A DNA stretch of 64,000 nt from contig OZ286469.1 of the NCBI GenBank assembly GCA_965644265.1, positions 47,058,001 to 47,122,000 on the forward strand, read 5' to 3'. The notes beneath the pieces are model-generated. The model did not search any database. It worked only from the letters and a program-made list of their open reading frames with translations, and was not told where the DNA came from. Source of the stretch: Glycera tridactyla. Its lineage: Eukaryota. Positions 37,567 through 51,700 of the stretch are shown here, piece after piece. The first letter of the stretch is position 1, and each line of letters begins with the position of its first letter. Made by a program: the position numbers and the translations under genes.

Positions 37567-40500
37567 GAGAGAGATTGATCGAGTGGTGGATTGATGGATC
37601 NNNNNNNNNNNNNNNNNNNNNNNNNNNNNNNNNNNNNNNNNNNNNNNNNNNNNNNNNNNNNNNNNNNNNNNNNNNNNNNNNNNNNNNNNNNNNNNNNNNN
37701 NNNNNNNNNNNNNNNNNNNNNNNNNNNNNNNNNNNNNNNNNNNNNNNNNNNNNNNNNNNNNNAGTAGGTTGATAGGTCGCATGAATGATACTATAAGCGG
37801 CTCGACTTATGCTAAACACGGTGAGCCCTGACTCTGTGACTTCTGCGAACTAGATCGTGGAAATGGTAAAACCTTCGCTGACTCTTTTTGCCTATTGCTC
37901 TGTATTCAGAAATGGCATCAGATCACAAATAACACTAGCGGATCATGATGAATTGATGCCGGCGGAGACTAGGATGTAGAAGAAATATTGCCTTCCAGAA
38001 AGAGAGGGTTCAGCCACATTCGCATCTGCCGCTCGCACCAATCCATAGCATAAGCCGATTTTCTTCTATTGCCGGCGTCTTTGTTTGGCAAAATTAGATT
38101 GAGCTAAGTGTATTTGTCTAAGACGGTAGGAATGCGGAGGGATTAGGTTAGAAGCGTATTAACAATATTTACATAGATCGAGGCCCTTTTTCTCCTTGGT
38201 CTCAGGATAATCGCGCGAAGGAAAGCGATAGCACTCTATGAACCCATCCCAAAAGGTGGATGGCTGGTGATCATGGTTACTGAAACTGATAGTCATCAAA
38301 CAGATTTTGACCTGGTGAAATTCACAGGTTGAGAATTCCTCATGTCAATTGTCAATGAGAGCAGTTTACACCATGATAGTGTCCGGAGTACCGGTATCCA
38401 CCATGATGAGTTTCGGAAATGCTGATAATTATGAGATTCTATCTGCACTGGACACCACGTATCATGGGGTGGGATAGGGATTGTATCTGATTGTAGGTGT
38501 TGACACCTGGGTGTCAAACTAGTCCGAGACAGGTAAGGTGAATGTACTGACTAGACGGGGCTGATGCTACAGCAAATATACAATTACAGTTCACAGATGC
38601 CAATGACCACCCTTTCGACATTTGCTGTTTTTCTAAGTCTTGATTCTGGTTGCATTTATGCAGCTAACCAAAATGTCACATTGGTGAGTTCAGGTGATGA
38701 AAGAGTGCAATAGAATGCACAAGTCGGTATAAAGGTGACCTATTGCATCGTGTGTAGCAAAACAATTGCTGTTCGGTATGCACATATCGGTAAATGCCAC
38801 CCATAGATCGGTTAATGGAGCCACCATAAAGCCACCAAGCATATCCCGTCAGCTCATCATCATTCAACTATAAACCTGTGAATGATTCCCTGATTTGTAC
38901 TAGTATTCATTGTCAGTCCTACACTGGCAGTATCATCTTAAAATCCCATTCAAAACAAAATATATCAGGTAACATTTTCAATTCTTCCAGAAGCGAGTCA
39001 AACCCGACCACGGGCTGTACCAAAAATATCTATTATCATGCAGTTAAAGCCGAGAGAATGGAATCATATAAAGAGAAATCGCAGACAATGCGATTCAATC
39101 ACTCAATATCAACAAGAGCACCATGATAAAAATGGCTCAAGCTGATCATCTAACAAACCATTTCTGCAGGATTTGACCGTAGACAAATAATATCCATCCA
39201 AAATTGGATGCGATTAAGAATGATAGCCGACGGTCTCATCTTCCACCCGTCTAGTCTGTATGTCTGGTATATTTTGCTTTGTATTTTATGGAGGATTTCT
39301 TTTTATGTTATTGCTATCAATGCATAATTTTATGGAACCTTGAGGCGTATGCACTCGCTAGTTCCACTATGAATTTAGACCATAATCTCAAATTCCTATC
39401 ATCAGCTGTCAGTCAGACAGTCCGAAAGTCACATGGGGAATTGATCAATCCACCGAATTTCTATACTGTCATGCTAGAGATAACAAAGTTTGGGGTATTT
39501 TAGCGAAGTCCCCATTGTAACAGAAGCAAGTGAAATGATTATTTCACAACGGAGAATGTAACGTGTTAAAACATCCCTTTGATATGCAATTACACTACCA
39601 ATCCGCCTGCATTAAAAAGGCGGGGTCGACTCTAATTAGGAGATAAAGACTCTGATATTGATTGATTATTGACAAGAACAATTTCGATCAAATGAGAAAG
39701 AATGGGAGCCCGTTGCCATCAGTCAGTGCTGTAGGGATGCTGAGGATGGGGATAATGAAGATCAAGGATGCGAAGAGGATGCGGGATATCGACCCCAGAT
39801 GCGCTTTCATCAAATTAACATCCAGCTTACTTTGAAATAGAGAGATTATTTCACTCTCAAAACTACGACAACTAACGAAATATTGCTGTTTGGCACAAGA
39901 AACAAGGAAGACGTACCCATGAACATGACATTGTTTATATTCCAATCGTTTCGTATATATTCCAACCCTTTTGATTCCATCCTAGTCTTTTTGATTTTTT
40001 TCTTCGAATCCTCATATATTCATGTCAATTTTTCCTTATATATTTCGATCCACTTATGCATACTTCAGTCCTTCAGTATTGTTATGAAACCACCGGTTTT
40101 CGCTTCAGATCTCAAGTTTGTATTTCAACCCTTTTTCTATGACCACGCTTTCGTATTTTCTCAATCTTCTCGTATCCATTTGAATCCGTTTGCAGTCATT
40201 TCAATTCTTAGCATCCTCAATAAAATATCACTGAGCGTAATGGTATTGCTCGAATATCCATGAAAACAATCTGATAACTCTAATTCTGGACACCAATAAC
40301 ATTCATTAGTGATTCTGAAAAAGACCCTCAGCCGAAAAAAAGAATCACTTCTGGGAGGGTGAGTTGACTGAAATGGTCACAGTCATAATGAAATACACAT
40401 AGAACAGGGAGACTTAAGACAAAATCTGGTATGGTTCTGGATGCCTTCAAAATTTAGTGCAACATGACTGCCGAGGTCATGTTCGCGCATCTGAGGAACG

Positions 40501-43500
40501 CCATGGGTCATTAGTTTAATGGCATGATCGATACCCTGGCAAGCATTTCACCAAAGTGTGAAAGGTTCAACATTCAGAAATGGTACTCAGAGGCGCTTTG
40601 CAAGACCGGAGCCCCCATCTTTGGTTCCCACCTATACCATTGATATGGGCCCCTGGTTGATTGATATACAGGGGCGTTTCTGTATCGCATGGATGCTTTC
40701 CCCCATATAGATTGATCGGTAATTGATTGATCACCTTCTACGAGAATAAAAGCAGCATCGCCCCAGCTAACGTTGGTGAAAAGCCATGAGCGTAACATGG
40801 AGACACCATAACAAACTTATCCACTGACATTGGCGAACTCATTTTTGTGATCTTCGTTGGAGATCATTATGCTGCCACCTCTCTGCTCGAAATGCTTTCT
40901 AACTTCGCAGATCCTGTCTCTCGAGGCTGATATAATCAAACGAATCTTGATGGGATCTGTGTGAAAGGATCGAATGATCTAATCTAACACAATTTTGAGA
41001 TGATTTATTGATCTGATTAACGACAATTTGAGGAAATGTAGCGATTACGTAAGGGGCATTTCGCCATACATTCGTTTTTGTTGCCGATTACCGAAGCACA
41101 CGGATACGACGGCTGAGAGATTATAGCTACGCACAAATAGTAAATGCCTGTCAATCAAGCTCCTTGGGCACGCCCACTTCGATTTCTGATTGGCTAGTTT
41201 TACACATGCTATCTACAACTTCATTCATGAATCGGCGCATTGATCTATGAAACCTGGTAATCAGGTGCGAAGAAGAAGCACTACTTTACTCCCCTACGGA
41301 CTATCATATCAACCAAAACACAGATTTTTCGAGATGTATACATGGAGGTAAGACAAATGNNNNNNNNNNNNNNNNNNNNNNNNNNNNNNNNNNNNNNNNN
41401 NNNNNNNNNNNNNNNNNNNNNNNNNNNNNNNNNNNNNNNNNNNNNNNNNNNNNNNNNNNNNNNNNNNNNNNNNNNNNNNNNNNNNNNNNCCCGGCTCTGT
41501 TTGTGATGAAATGTGGCCATAATGGTACAAGACAAATCCACGGATGGCTTGCTCATGACTCGCTGCCCCATATTCCTGAAGGAGGGCTCGTCAATACCCC
41601 CACACATCCGTCTTTTCTGTGTCTGAAGGTGGTGGTGGTGGCGGTGGTGGTGGGTATGAAGGTGGTGGTGGTGGGTATGAGGTGGTGGTGGGGGTGGTGG
41701 TGTTGCATGGTGATTGTGGTGGTGGTAGTGGTGGTGGTGGTGGTGGTGGTGGTGGGTATGGAGGTGCTGTTGCCATTGCTGGTGTCGTCGTCGTTGTCAT
41801 CGTCACCTCTCTCTTTCTCTCTCTCCCTCTCTCTCTATTTCGGAGATCTCTCGGCGCCCCTGGGCGCTCTTGTTATATATTTTCAACATCATCTTGGTGC
41901 TTCTGATTTTGAGATCAATATTGTCGATATTGAATTAATTTGCTACAGTTTCATCTTCATTATTGTACGTAGGTACGTAGGTCCGAATTGATAGTTGGTC
42001 ACTCTAGACAAAGTCTATTGCTCAATTTCTATCCTGTGCCAAAGGTCGTTGGGAATGATACTTGTGGTCTAACTGCAACACCCCAAGAAAGGTCTTCAAC
42101 ATTTGACTACATAGTCACATAGGTTCATATATGCCGTTGATCAACCAAGCATTTGCACAACCTAGGAGGATCACAATTGAGAAATACCCAGCGCACCACA
42201 TACTAATATGATAGAATCACGATAATGGCAATTAGGGAGAGGGGTGGGAAAGAATGAGTGAATTTGAACTCCAATACTACTCCCTTCACATTATGTATGA
42301 ATACTGACCAGCTGCGCAATAAATTTGTCTAAAGAGAGATGCAAAGGGGATAGATCCTCCTCATTATTTCTGAGCACTGTATAGATGAGATATATACACG
42401 TGATACCGTGGCTGATACGTTCGCTATGGTGTCAATCAGGGTGCACGGTTGAGCCCCACTTGTAGCTGGGGCCCTTTTCACGGAAGCTTCCAGAATTAGA
42501 TCTGGCGCTCACAGTGGTTAGGGACTCCCTAGCTAGTCTCAGCACCCGCTGACACCTGCACTCACATTTGGATGAGATGGGCCATGGTATGTGTTCTGAT
42601 GATAAAACCAGACAGCAACTGGCAGGTGTAAGTAGGGATGAAGATATAGACGGCTGGCTTGTTGGACAATGTTTAGAGTCTAGGGTCATCCAAAGGTCGA
42701 ACAGATATCATCTCAATGCTGTGCGATCCATGGACGTTGAAAGAACATCACTTGTACGCAGAATATGTGCAATCGGCAATTACGTTACAGGGAATTCTCT
42801 TCATACACGCAGGCATCACGAGTTTATGAAGGTCCACTGTTGAAAATCGAAAAATAATGAATTGAAAACCACCAAGCATTTGTCTTACTAAGTCGTGGAA
42901 CCTATTTGTTAAGGGAAATATTCCAGTGAAATCTCCTCCTGAAGTAATAATTTGAAGATGTCCAATACTATGAGATCCCAATTTGACACCCAGAAATTGC
43001 AAAACATTAGACGGTTACAACTCTTGCACAAAAATATCGAACTTCAACTAGATATTTTCAGGCACCGAAAAGATGAAGTGAGATATATATTTTCAGCAAA
43101 AAGTCATGAGATTTTCATGGATTTCATGGTGGCCGTGGCCTTCACATCATTAATGAAGGTTTCTTTTAGCCTATCTACAGGCTATACTGTACTCCCAACC
43201 AATACATCTGGCCACCCAGCCAATCCTGTAAAGCGTGGGAAAATACGGACATCTGATGATAAAACGAATCTGTTTACAGGATTTTCCTTGCTTTGGTTAG
43301 AGCAGATATCCCCACACGGCACTAGCATGAAGAAGACACGCAACTGAAAATGCAAGCCTTGACAAAAATTAGGCTTTTTCCTAATTGAGCACCTAATTCA
43401 ATCTCCTCCAGAGGACTGAAAGTTAGATATGGTGTCTCATCTTACTATCTATGTGAGAAGTTCCATTGCAATCTTGGTCCCTATTCGAGAAGCACGCAGA

Positions 43501-46500
43501 TATTATTCTCCTGCGTTTGGTACATCGCGTCATGGCACAGGGCTGACGTTTTCCAAGCAATTGGATGGGCTAAGAATTAAATCCTCGGTTTAGTCACTTC
43601 TACTAATTTGCGGAACATTATTCATGAAGGTTCGGTGAATGGAAGCTCAACCAGCACAAGAACCAATCTTGTGTATCTTCACCTTCCCGCTTGTGGCATA
43701 TGTTATCCAGTCGGGCAAAATTCCTTTGCCACAGTGATGGTTCAAGTACAAGACATCACATCTCATCGCATCTAAGGAGATAAATCCACAGCTAAACCGA
43801 CCTGTGGATTGATGAAATAATCAGATGGGTAACAACGTATCTCAGCATCAAAGGAGTGATCAAACGCAGCTGCGATCTGCTACATCAACAAGGCAAACAA
43901 CTCATCTTCTCTTCTTTCTTTCGTGGACAAAAAATAACCCGACACATGTGTCGTCCCTAGCGAATTCCCTGGGCCAGCAAGCTAGACGATCAGATTCGCC
44001 ATATCGCTTTCATTGACCTGGATCTATTTTGGCGATGGCTCCTGGTAGTCCCGAAGTGACTACCAGGCACAGAGTCTCAAGTCTTTGTAGAAGAACTAAC
44101 AGGTCATCGTTCTCACTCAAGGTCACCACTTGGCCTCAGGATGAACATTCCTTCGCCCCATACCCCCCTCAGAAGTGGGCAGATCATCGATTAAGCATGA
44201 TCCTAGAGGATCAGTATTCCTGGGTATACCTAGGGGATTGGTGCATCCGATCGGAGTATGACAGCAGTCTTCGAATTTAGCCGCTCTCCCGAATCCCAGG
44301 GAGAGTGCATTTGGTTTTGGGAGAGTGAAAAGGCCAAACTCACTCTCTCGATGTGAGAGTGTGAATCTTTCAGTTGATCAGAATGTTATGAGTTTTTCGT
44401 GAAGACAGAACATGGTTCTGACTCCTGCAACAAAAACCCTATTCCCTGCAAGATGACTCTGCATATACCTGCACATGTTTGATTCTGGAGAAAGAACCTG
44501 AGAGAAAAATTGGATGGTGTTACCTAAATAGTCACTCCCATGATGGATAAGTTGGAATTCATGTCATGACAAGGCATTTATTCACACGAATGTCTCGCTC
44601 TCCGAATAGCCTAGATTGAGCTTGTTTCCCCTGCGCTTGTTGAACAAATTCGGGAGAGTGAATTTATTTTCGGGAGATTGATTTCTCTAGTCCGCCGGCT
44701 GAAAAAGTTTTCCGTGAAGACTGTCAGACAGTATTTTCTATTGCGATTTTTAGAGACCTTAATTCTTCATCTAGGCGCGATAATTCTGAAATTTCACATT
44801 ATGAATGAGTATGAATGAAAGTCACTGAAAGGAGGCTGGTATTGGGATTCGCATTGCCATGAAGTAATTGCATATCAATGTGACGAATCGGATCACCTTT
44901 CGGGTCAGGCTTTGACATGGAAACATTGAAAGGCACATAGGTAGGCACAAACACAGACAGACGCGCACGTGCACGCAGACACAAGCTAACCGATTCATCC
45001 ATCCATCTGTCCATCCATCCATCCATCCATCCACACTCCACACGCACGTACATATTCACCAACACACCTACCCCACTCCACTCTCCTGCTCACATCCCCA
45101 CCGATGAGAGCAGGCGTATTTCACTGACTCTCACAGTTGCCATGGTCCCCTTTTTCAGATCCAAGGAATCAGGCTATGAACCGATAAATCTACACAGACT
45201 CACTTGATGTTAACCCCAAAAGAAGCATATATCTATATCAACATTCCTCTCTATATTTGTTGTGAAAAAGAGTCATCTGAAGTAATTGATTGGCGATGAG
45301 TCAGCAGTGACCGGAGGTGAGACAGTATTTTGACGAAGAAGGAGCACATTTATATGCATTCCAGGTGATGATTTCATAAAACAGGATGACTGTTTTACTG
45401 CAACCGGAAGTGGATGACCCCCACCTAATGCTGAGGGATTAGCCAATTGAATGGGTTTATTTGTTTGCACTGTGGCCTAGTCATCGACTCAGTCAAGAGA
45501 AATCTTTGGATGAGGTCACCTGGATTAAGACTAAGTTAATCTCACCATGACCCAATTTTCAAGAAAAACAGGCCATCGATAGCATCACGGAAGTGAAGCA
45601 TCAGCAAACAGGTTTCTGATAGACAAATAATTATTCAATGCCAGACAATATTCTAAATGTAATGAACCACAAATTGAATATCGCCTTTTAAAGAGATATA
45701 TCACAAACTGCTTTTGAAGCAAGTGGGCGAACGAGTAAAAATGACCAACTGGAAATGGGTTTGGCAAGATTCGTGACAAATACTACCAACAAAATATCAC
45801 GATTTCCGTCAGTACCACCATCACCACTAATTGCATCACCATCACTATCATCACAAATACCAGCACCAATATCATCAATACCGCAAACACCTCCTCCGCC
45901 AATAGAAAAATGTAAATGTAGTGGTTTATAGTCTGGTATCCTTAGCAAGTTCACTCGACTTTACAAATACATTCCTCGGCAGGCCTGTTCAAGCTTGAAC
46001 CTCTCTAATCTCCCCGGGGAGTCTACAACCACTGACACAGAATTAACTGCATGGGCTAAGTACTCTACAATCACCATCACTGCCTATATGCCAAGTACCC
46101 ATTCACACCTGGGTGATGTGAATTGGTGGAGTACAGAGGGTCCACTCAGTTACCTCCATGCAGAGTGAGTGGCACATATCTTACAGATCTGTGTAATGGT
46201 GCAGGTCCGGTATGGAATACGGTATGGTCACCAATACGAGGAGCAGGCCTGCTCACTGTTGTAAACAGCGCTGCTCAGTTGAGAACCGGAGTGTCCGCCC
46301 CTACCCCGCCACTATCCACCTATCTGAATGAGAGGGGGATATAATCACCACTACCAACACCACCAGCAATGACACCAATATCACCACAACCGGCAACAAC
46401 ACCATTACCACCACCAATTACACCCCGACCGAGACCTGCAGCTCCACCAACACCTGTACCACCACCCCACCAGATGTGAGTCATCATGACAGAGAGTTTG

Positions 46501-48672
46501 TTATGAAAGGTTGCCGGATTAACCAGAGGCCATTACGTACAGAATAATCTGGATGACTCCATGGATTAGGCTCGCGAGTAAGAAATAAGCAAATAAACAG
46601 ATGAATGGCATGGGAAGTCCAGCGGGTTCTTCAACAAAGTCTAGATGAACCCCTAATTTGGCAAGTGTCTTGGCTGCTGTAGACTCCCGAGTAAGACGGC
46701 TGATCTCTCTGGTAATTTAGGGAAACTGTCCCCAGGTAGCGGAGGCGTGGCACCTGACTAATGGTGGCCATTGAAGCAAGCACCAATGACACATGCATCA
46801 CCAGATCAACCAACTCCCAAACTTTTACTCGGTCTCTTGGTTTGTTTGCTGAATAATTTGTTCGTTTCTCTGGTGAATGGTAGGTCTCTTGTTTGATTTT
46901 CGGTGGACCTTCCGGATGGTCAATTGATTGGCTATTTGGTTATTCTGTTGACTTGGTCGATTGAGCGTATGCATGAATTTTGTTTGATTGTTCTTTGACT
47001 GACTGCTTGGTCGGTTGATTGTGTTTCATGGAGCGTTTCATGAATGGAAATCGTATTTTCCTTTGAGGCATTTGATTCTAGTGAACCGCTTGTAAATCTC
47101 CAGCTCTAAAAACGCCGTTGATCCAGCTATTTGGCTGAGAGTGTGAATTACCGTACCCTGAATTCGCGAAAAATAGGTCAACTCCAGTATTGAATGATGC
47201 AATCTGACCAAAATTATTGTTCATTATGTGTGATTCCACGTGCAAGATCCGGCAAATTCAATGTACACCAGAGGAAACATCTCCATAGTAAAAGATTGAA
47301 ATAAGTCAATTAACCGTTTTCATTTTAGGAAATTCCCGAATCCCTATGTTGAATTCTGTGCCTGGGTAAATTACATGTTCAATGCGTCTGCAATTTTTAG
47401 TTGGTATGAAGTGAAGTCATAAACATATTATGCATGCGATACACCGAACTTCTACTTGCTCAGTAGTTTGTTAGTTTTGTGGTATTCTGGGATAGTTCGG
47501 TTGTTGGGAATGCAGAACTTATTTGGTCCCGTAAAGATGCGAACTTTGGACGTACAACGTAAGGAGTGTATTCATACACAGTGTTTCATTTCACCCTCGG
47601 GGGCAGCAGCTGGTATTGCTGTGAGATGAACACATTGTAGTGTAGAGACATGAGGCCTAGCCACACAACTGACCAATCTGTAGGCCGAGAGAGCCATTGT
47701 GAAGCCGTTATTTACAGACTCCCTTGCCACTGGATGATAGCCGGCGATGTATACTAGGGGAATACCCAATCAGGAAGGGACGCTTGTAAAGAAACAGATC
47801 GACTATATGTTATAGTCACTGTCATACTCGGATAATGTACCCCTCATGAACTGGTAGCCTGGTCATAGTCAGTTTTATCACATCCTGGTGAATCCGCCGT
47901 CACCCAGGATCAATCGGGGAGAGGGAACAATCAACATGCACTGAGTCGATCACATGATCGTTGATTGGGTGATCTCGTGTCACGTGATTGGTGTACGGTT
48001 CATGATTGGTAGGCGTGGTATAAAAACTTGATACAATACAGAGACCCCGTCTCTTCTGAATGCCCACCGATAGACAAGAATTGCGAATTCTGCTTGTAGC
48101 ATCGTGCACTGAGAATCTATAAACCATCTCAATGGTAGATGAAATGAATCTATCAGGTGCAAAATGCTTGGTAATTTCTCTTGTTTCTGGTAAAAATCAT
48201 TGTCAATACACCATTACAACCAGTCAGGATCTTCCACCGCCACTGATCTTCATAGTTTTATATCCTAGATACCAACTGGGTAGTCTATTTGATGGTTGAT
48301 TATGGCTCTGGGATGAGCATTCGCTAAAGTTACTCAAGTTACTTACTTTAGCAGTTATACGCACATATCATGGTAATTCAAGCGGAAATTGCCAGAAATA
48401 GTGTGAAAAACTACGCCAATACAATTCAATACACGTATTCCACCAAGAATGAAATTCGTGATTGAATTGTGAGCAATCTCAAGCTGTATGATGTGTTGAT
48501 GGATTTCGATTTTTGTCGCAGTTAATCGAGTTATTAGGCTCTTACTGAGTGGAAGATTAGAGCTCCGAAGATGCGTATCCTTTCTGTATTCAGGGCTATC
48601 TAAAATCAAAGCTATACCCTGTAACTCATCTATCCTTTATTTGCGTCTGACTATACTCTTCTACCATAAGTT

Positions 48673-48722
<50 letters not shown>

Positions 48723-51700
48723 GTGCATGAAAAGCTTATGCGATCATCTGATTCACGGATAAGTCCTTGGGTTCATAACTCAAGATGGTAAGTGTATATT
48801 GCTTGCGCTACAAATTGCAGGCAGAGAATTATTAGACTTGTGGGTATAAGAGAGTCAATCAGGCAGTGTGTGGCTGGTTGCCGTGACACGGCTGACTTTT
48901 AGCTCTCATTGCAAGATAACAAATACCAGAAGGCTCGACCCGTCCTCTCTTGCGTCAATAAATGCCTTTAATCTATATATTTCTTCTTGGGGGACAGCCA
49001 CCTCGGAGGCCTCCGCCATGATTGTCCAGACACATGACCGCCACCTGGTGGGCTGATCATACATATCTGGCACCCACACCCANNNNNNNNNNNNNNNNNN
49101 NNNNNNNNNNNNNNNNNNNNNNNNNNNNNNNNNNNNNNNNNNNNNNNNNNNNNNNNNNNNNNNNNNNNNNNNNNNNNNNNNNNNNNNNNNNNNNNNNNNN
49201 NNNNNNNNNNNNNNNNNNNNNNNNCATAGACAAAGGCAGATGCCTAAGGACNNNNNNNNNNNNNNNNNNNNNNNNNNNNNNNNNNNNNNNNNNNNNNNNN
49301 NNNNNNNNNNNNNNNNNNNNNNNNNNNNNNNNNNNNNNNNNNNNNNNNNNNNNNNNNNNNNNNNNNNNNNNNNNNNNNNNNNNNNNNNNNNNNNNNNNNN
49401 NNNNNNNNNNNNNNNNNNNNNNNNNNNNNNNNNNNNNNNNNNNNNNNNNNNNNNNNNNNNNNNNNNNNNNNNNNNNNNNNNNNNNNNNNNNNNNNNNNNN
49501 NNNNNNNNNNNNNNNNNNNNNNNNNNNNNNNNNNNNNNNNNNNNNNNNNNNNNNNNNNNNNNNNNNNNNNNNNNNNNNNNNNNNNNNNNNNNNNTGGAAA
49601 GACGATCAAATGGAGAGAAGTACATATGGATGAACAGAAGGATGGACAGATAGATGGATGGATGGATAGACGGATAGATATCTAACAAACACACAGACAA
49701 ACAGGCAAAGCACATACGTGACCTCTAACCAAGTAAGGCCACTGGGAAGAGCCATTTGTTTCTGACATCTCCGGAATCCTAGGCTGTACTGTGGCATCTT
49801 GATAGGATTAGTCAAGCTCTTGTATCACTATCTCTGACCACAATATGGTCGCAAATTTGATTCACGGAGGAGATTCCAATCCATTCAGGGAACGGAACAC
49901 TTCTCCTCTGCTGCCCCATATATATCATCCAAACACTTGGCTCACTGTCATTGTCTTTATAATTGTCCGTCTCTAGGCCTGTCTGCCCGCGTTTGTCTGT
50001 TTGTCTGTCTGTTCGTCTGTTCATTTATTTGTTGTCTGTCTGCCTGTCTTTATCTGCCTGGCAGTCTGTCTCCACCTCGGTCCCTGTCTGTCTGCTGTTT
50101 GTTTGTCTGTATGTCTGTCTGACTGTCTGCTTATTTGAATCACAATCAACCGTCAAACCTCCTCTAAAGACCATCTCTCCATGAAACCACCTCTCTATAC
50201 AGAACACCCTGAGCTGCGACCATGGTAGTATTTTCAACAGTCGATGCCCTCTCTATGAAGACCACCTCTCTATAAAGGTCACTTTCTGATGCGACCGAAG
50301 GTGGTCTTTATGGAGAGGTTCGACTGTATACTGTTCCCAAAGAGTACATCTCATTGAGCCATGTTTCAGCGTGCTGCGAACATATCATCCCACATTGTTC
50401 ATGACAGCAATCCCACAACCGAGGGGCCGTCATATTTCACCGGAAATTGGCGTGTACAACTAGAAGCCTCTGGAGCCCCATCTTCACATCCATTGGACAA
50501 CAAAGCAGGACTGTCAACTGTTGCAGCTTCTTGCAACCACCAGTTCGAATTTGCTGCTTATTATTCCAGTCAGAATCCGGGCGAATCAAGCGCCTTGTGA
50601 AGGAAGGGCAACATCTCACCACTTGATAAGATGCTGAATGAATCAAAATCTGCTTGCATTCGCATTGAATTTCGAATGAAGAACAATTATCACCTCATTG
50701 TTGACTAACTCACACAATACTCTTATTATTTCAAATAGATATCAAGGAATGATCAGTGTAGATGGCTATGATTGATCAAATGAGAAAATCTCATCACACA
50801 TACTGGATAGGGGTGAAATCGGGCCCCGGAACATCCTGGATACAAGTCAGGTATTTAATTTAGACGACCAAGCCCACTAACTGGTTGGCCGTCATTGACT
50901 GGAGTTGACGGCCAAACACCCGCCAATTGTACTCACTATGTAGTCAGTACATATATAGGGACGCCAATCTTGGGACAATACACTCGCCCCGGAGTTGGCC
51001 TCACTTCATATGAGAGAGGCTTGTGGGTGCGCGCGCGCGCGCGTGTGGGTGCTTGGGTGTGTGGGGTGGGTGTGGAGTGAAAAAGAGAGAAACAGAGTNN
51101 NNNNNNNNNNNNNNNNNNNNNNNNNNNNNNNNNNNNNNNNNNNNNNNNNNNNNNNNNNNNNNNNNNNNNNNNNNNNNNNNNNNNNNNNNNNNNNNNNNNN
51201 NNNNNNNNNNNNNNNNNNNNNNNNNNNNNNNNNNNNNNNNNAAGTAGAGAACGAGAAAGAGAGAGAGGGAGCGCAAGAGAGAGATAGAGAGAGGGAGAGA
51301 GAGTGTGAGAGAGAGGAGAGGCGTAGATAAAGAGAGAAAATGAATATATACATAAATGAAACAATGGGTCAAGGGAAAATAGATAGATTGAAAAACGGCT
51401 AAATGGAAGGGTTGACACATAGCTGGATGGATGAACGACAAAATGAATAGATTGATGGTTGAAAAGATTGATGGAAAGTTCGATTGATGGATGGATCGAT
51501 TGATGCAGGGTCGGATGGGTGGATGGGTGGATAGATGCTGATGGGTGTTTGGATGAATGTTTTCGATGGGTGCTTGCATATGATGCCAAGCACTTGATTC
51601 CGGGAAACAAATCATAATCCCCAAGCAAAACCAAGCATCCAGTGCATCTGAGATGGAATCTGATGGCAGTCAGAGATACAGACAGACAGGGAAAGAGGAA

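Noticed and set aside
41503-41991. Gly-rich (GGGYEGGGG) and Pro-rich ORFs resembling cuticle or extensin proteins
   Set aside because: They come from a (GGT)n tract next to an N block; both strands are open, and there is no signal peptide or exon structure.
42424-42470. [12 protein letters not shown], resembling the reverse transcriptase GV.QG..LSP motif
   Set aside because: No convincing downstream YADD or other RT motif; too short to call.
48906-49715. Long ORFs spanning N blocks (also near 19.9-20.3, 32.1-32.7, 50.9-51.8 and 61.7-62.2 kb)
   Set aside because: Their length is an artefact of N runs that contain no stop codons.
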